Assembly: GCF_016432865.1 (NCBI RefSeq)
Contig: NC_067399.1
Location: forward strand, 3,596,001-3,660,000
Source: Antechinus flavipes
Taxonomy: Eukaryota
Direction: 5' to 3'
Length of the DNA stretch: 64,000 nucleotides
The translations under genes were made by a program, and so were the position numbers. Position 1 is the first letter of the stretch. Every line of letters starts with the position of its first letter. The notes under the pieces are model-generated. The model did no database searches, was not told where the DNA came from, and worked only from the letters and a program-made list of their open reading frames with translations. Positions 59,858-64,000 of this stretch are shown here, in pieces.

Positions 59858-59924
<67 letters not shown>
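59858..59924. repeat. (GA)~33 microsatellite
   Basis: Directly visible. Confidence 0.98.
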
Positions 59925-59927
<3 letters not shown>

Positions 59928-61900
59928 CAATAGAAATTTCATCAAAGAAAGTAACAACTGGGACAAAATACCAAAACTTTTGGGAGACTAAAGTTGCCCC
60001 TAGAGAAAATACATATCACTAATATTTTCCTCAATAATATGAATAAATTGAGCAAATAAAAATCCTAGAAACCAAAATTTTAAAATCCAATTTAACACAA
60101 ATATAGAAATTTTGAAAATCAAAGAAAAGATTTTTTAAAGTTGAAAATGACAAACAACCCATTGAATTGCCAACTGGAACTGAAGCCAGTCCAAAAAAAA
60201 AAAAAAACTAAAACTAATTTTAAAAAAACACAAATTATTAACTAATGTGACAAAAAGAGAAAGGAAAGCCAAGAATTAAAATAAAAACAATTTTGCCTAG
60301 TTATATGCCAACAACACTGATAACAAAGGAAACGGAGGAATATTTGCAAGACTCAGATTAACATAACAAGAAATAGACAATTTAAATAATCCAATTCTAA
60401 AAAAGAAATTGAATAAACCATAATGGAATTCCCAAAGTGGAAAAAAAAAATAAGATTAGATTTATGAGCAAATGCTATCAAATACTCAAAAATACAATAA
60501 ATTCCAACAGCGCATAAATTGTGCACAAAGATAGGGGAATTCCAGCTTATTTAATGTTTTTATGAGATAAATACAGTCTTGAAGGTTAAACCAGGGAGAG
60601 ATAAAGGGGACAAATAAAATTATAGAATTTAATGAATACAAATAGGAAAATATTCATTAAAACACTAGAAAGGTGGCTACAACATCCTATTTAAAGCATT
60701 TCAGATTTTTACCAGGCTAAATTTATATCTGGGTTGGTTCAAGATTAGGACTGGGCTGCTTCAATACGAGGAAAACTATAACCATTAATGCAGTAAGTGG
60801 GTGAAAAAGTGAATAGAGATTCCATACCTGGAGTCCCGCAGACTCATTTTTGTGAGTTCAACTGTGACCTCAGACACTTCCTAGCTGTGTGACTCTACCC
60901 TGTTTGTGTCAGTTCCTCATCTTTAAAATGATCTGGAGAAGGAAATGGCAAACCAGCCCAATATCTTTGCCAAAGAAACCCCAAATGGAATCACAGAGTC
61001 AGACCTAAAGTGAACCAAGATCACTTCCAAATTGGTCAGATAGTCCACTGAACAATAAAATAAACTAATGAGCTATATTAATAACATACGATAAAAAATT
61101 ATATCAGATGCAAGAGACTTTTCCAACAAGATTAAGAAACTCCACCATCATCATTATTATCTGATACTGTTCTACAAATGCTTTTCTGGATGTAATAATA
61201 AAACAAGGGGGAGAACATGGTTGGGGAGCGAGCACCAGACCAAGACAATGAAACAATGGCTTTTGTGGATGATAGATGAGGTTACTTCAAGAACCTAAAG
61301 ATTCTACTGAGACATTAAGTGAAACAGTCACTTCAGCAAATTAGCAGGATATCAAATAAACCTTCAAATCATCAACCTTTCTATAACTCACCAAACCCAG
61401 CAAAAAGAGCTAGAAAAAGAAATCCTTTTCAAAATAACTGCAGGCTGTATAAACTATCTGGGAGTCTCCCTACCAACATACACAGAGGAATTCTGTGCAC
61501 ACAATTACACTCTTTATGAATTAGAGGGATACAAAACACTCTTTACAGAAATCAAAATAGACTCACATAATTAGAGAGGTATTAAATGTTCCTGGTTGGG
61601 CAATGCCAATGTAATAAAAATGACCATCCTCCTTATATAAACCCCCCGCTTCAGAGCAACACCAATCAAACCCCAAACAGAACCTCCATTTTGGAAACTG
61701 AGTGACCAGAGTTATGTTGGGGAACTAGGAAAAATAATACGTTTTCTAGGGAATCAAAGGTCTAAAATCTCAAGGGAAGAGGGGGGAAAGGGAACCAGAT
61801 CTCAGTTTACATACGCCAAAATATTAAACACATTCATCATTGGAACTGTTTAGTGCTGATTAGAAAAGGGAAAAGTTAGTTGGGAGGTTCTAACTTTATA
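59925..61900 (+). mobile_element. Old degenerate L1 ORF2 fragment
   Basis: A-rich L1 text, e.g. 'cttcagcaaattagcaggatatcaaataaac' and 'caatgccaatgtaataaaaatgaccatcctcc'. No open frame. Confidence 0.85.
60790..61010 (+). mobile_element. MAR1-type SINE inserted in L1
   Basis: 'ctggagaaggaaatggcaaaccagcccaatatctttgccaaagaaaccccaaatgg' tail after the CORE. Confidence 0.85.
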
Positions 61901-64000
61901 AAGCCTTCATCTCCACCAAGGGCACTTCCAGATGTGGTCACGTAGCCAAAGGACAGAGGTGTCCCTTTGCTTGCAGGACATCACGTCTTCCGAGCCAATG
62001 ATTTGCCGCATGGGTTCAAGCACACAAACACCCCCACCTCGGCTAGTTCACGGCGTCTGGATGTTGACAAACTTGGACGGACGCCGCTATGGAGGCTCTC
62101 CTCTGGTCTTTCAAAGTCCTCTAAGGCCACAGGAAAGGAGACATGGAGAAGAGGTCGCCCTGTCCTTGGCCCAGGCTCTTGTGTTCGAGCCAGGTTTTTG
62201 GGGCTGCCCACCTCCATTAGATTCCAGAAGGTTAGAGAGTCGCCTTCATTGTGGCCAACGTGAAGGCTCTGAGTCAGAAAGGGGGGAGGGAGTGGCTCTC
62301 TCTGGAGCACCATTCTGTGCCCCGGGCAGTCTGCCTTCGCACTATGAGGGAAAGAACAGGCACAAATCCGGGCTGTCCAGAGGACCCTGGGACCTCAGTG
62401 TAGTAGCACCTTTTCCCTGGGCAGTCATGGGCCGATGAGCCAGCAGGCACCGGGGAAATCCTCCTTGTATGGGTTGGAGGACAATACGCCAGCAGGGCTG
62501 GAAGGAAGGGGCCGGAAGGTCACTTTGAAATCCGGGGGGCTAGGTGCCCGGAAGGCAGCACAATACCTGCCAGGAGGGGGAGCACCTGGGAACTTCACAG
62601 CAAAACTTTCCTCCGTTCCCACTTTGCTGAGACTCCCCAAGCTCCTGCCATGACTACGGGCAAGGAATGCGACCTTGGAATCGGCTTCCCTAGAAGCCCG
62701 AGGCTTCCCAAAGCCAGGAGCATTGTTCCAAATTCCACTAGTGAATTTAATTTCTCCCTATTCTTCCCAGGCCGTTCCCCACTGAGCTTTGTCCTGTGAA
62801 GTGTGTGTCAGGAGGGGCCTCTGCCTTTGGAATAACCAAGGCCTGGTCCACCCCTGAGGCGGGGGTGGGGTGAAACAGGTGTCCCCCGCACTGGGACAGG
62901 CAGAAACTGGCCAGCAGAGAAGGCGGGGTGAGCACGCGGCGGGCACAGAATCGCCGTCCCCTGCCTAGCAGGAAGCAGCATGGCCGCTGCCCTTCAAACA
63001 CAGACCCGTGCTCACATTCCTAGGGCAGGACAACTTCTGTGTCCGCAGTAGAATGTCTGGGGTCTCTGCCCCCCCCACAGTCCCCAAGGCTGGCCTTTGC
63101 TGGGGAGACCAAGATGGATGGGTGCGCGGAAAGGAGAAGCGGGCGCACGCCCAGAGATAGAGCTGAGACTGCTTGGCTGGAGGTGCCCACCCTCCAAACC
63201 CACTCGATATTTGGAACAGCTGCCCTGCGGAGTCCAAGGGAGGTCCATGAGGAAGAAATTTCAGCCTTAATTCACTCTCCATCCTCTGGCCCTTCAGCTC
63301 CTGCCTGAGGCCAGACTTTCCTGCCGGCTGGGGTGATGCCCTCCTCCCTCCACCCACCGGCCCCATCCAGGACCTTCTCTCTGGGCACACAGGCCCCGCA
63401 GGAGGGCCTCGCCCACCCCAGCTCGGGCGCCAGCTCCTCAGAACCCCAGCTAAGCGCAGAGAGGCTCTCTATGGACGGATTCCCTCCTTGGGCCACCCAG
63501 CTCGTTAACCACATGACAAGCTGGAGCTGCCTTGAACTGGGCCTTTCCCTGGGCTTCCTTTGAGGGGGATGTGGGGGTGGAGAGCCCCTGTACATGTCCC
63601 GAGGAAGCGGATCTGCTCCCAATGGAAGGACTACAAAGCTCTGTTACATTAGCAAGCTTTATGTAATCAGACAGAGGTCCTGTGGGGCCTCCTGCTCTGA
63701 ATCTGCCCATGGTCAAACTAATGAGTTACAGAGGAGGCATTTCCCAGGAGGGGGCTGGCACTCGGGCCTCCCAGGGCCACCCCTCCCTCGACAGGGCTCG
63801 GAGCTCCTGACCCGCCTCCCCTGGAAGGGAAGCCCAGCAAGAAGCCTGCTCAGGTCGCGATGGCGATTCCTCGCCTGGCGGGCTTGACTCCAGCGTTTCC
63901 TCCTTCAGAGGTGCCAGGGAACGCTTCAGAATCCGGCCCACGGGGCTTTCCTCAGAAGCTCAGCAGGTAGGACGTCCCAAGCACTGTTTCCTCTTACAGA

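Noticed and set aside
62060-62092. DKLGRTPLW, ankyrin-like motif
   Set aside because: A single short match without the helical LH.A..G continuation or a second repeat.

Overview
Mammalian genomic DNA, almost certainly a marsupial and probably an Australian, dasyurid-like one. This is inferred from WSINE1-type and MAR1-type SINEs, an RTE LINE 3' end and marsupial-type L1 3' UTRs. It comes from a gapped assembly with three N runs. I recognise no protein-coding gene, RNA gene or CRISPR array. The only identifiable protein remnants are L1 ORF1/ORF2, and the long ORFs in the supplied track are mostly produced by GC-rich or tandem-repeat DNA or by N runs. The window alternates transposon-rich blocks (L1, L2, L3, MIR, MAR1, WSINE1, RTE, a Charlie-like hAT MITE, a probable solo LTR) with several CpG-rich islands. 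Many short repeat-free patches are dense in FOX/GATA/TCF/HOX/PBX-type motifs, which resembles the cis-regulatory landscape of a developmental gene lying outside the window. The best-supported oddities are: a young 5'-truncated L1 with a perfect 15-bp TSD splitting a CpG island; a short retroposed insert with a likely 3' transduction; a SINE-in-RTE-in-L1 nest; a ~21-bp-phased array of six CACGTG E-boxes; and a 62-bp VNTR directly downstream of a twin-CCAAT promoter-like site that may start an unannotated minus-strand spliced transcript. All repeat family names come from recalled consensus resemblance, not from a database search. Most repeat boundaries are approximate.
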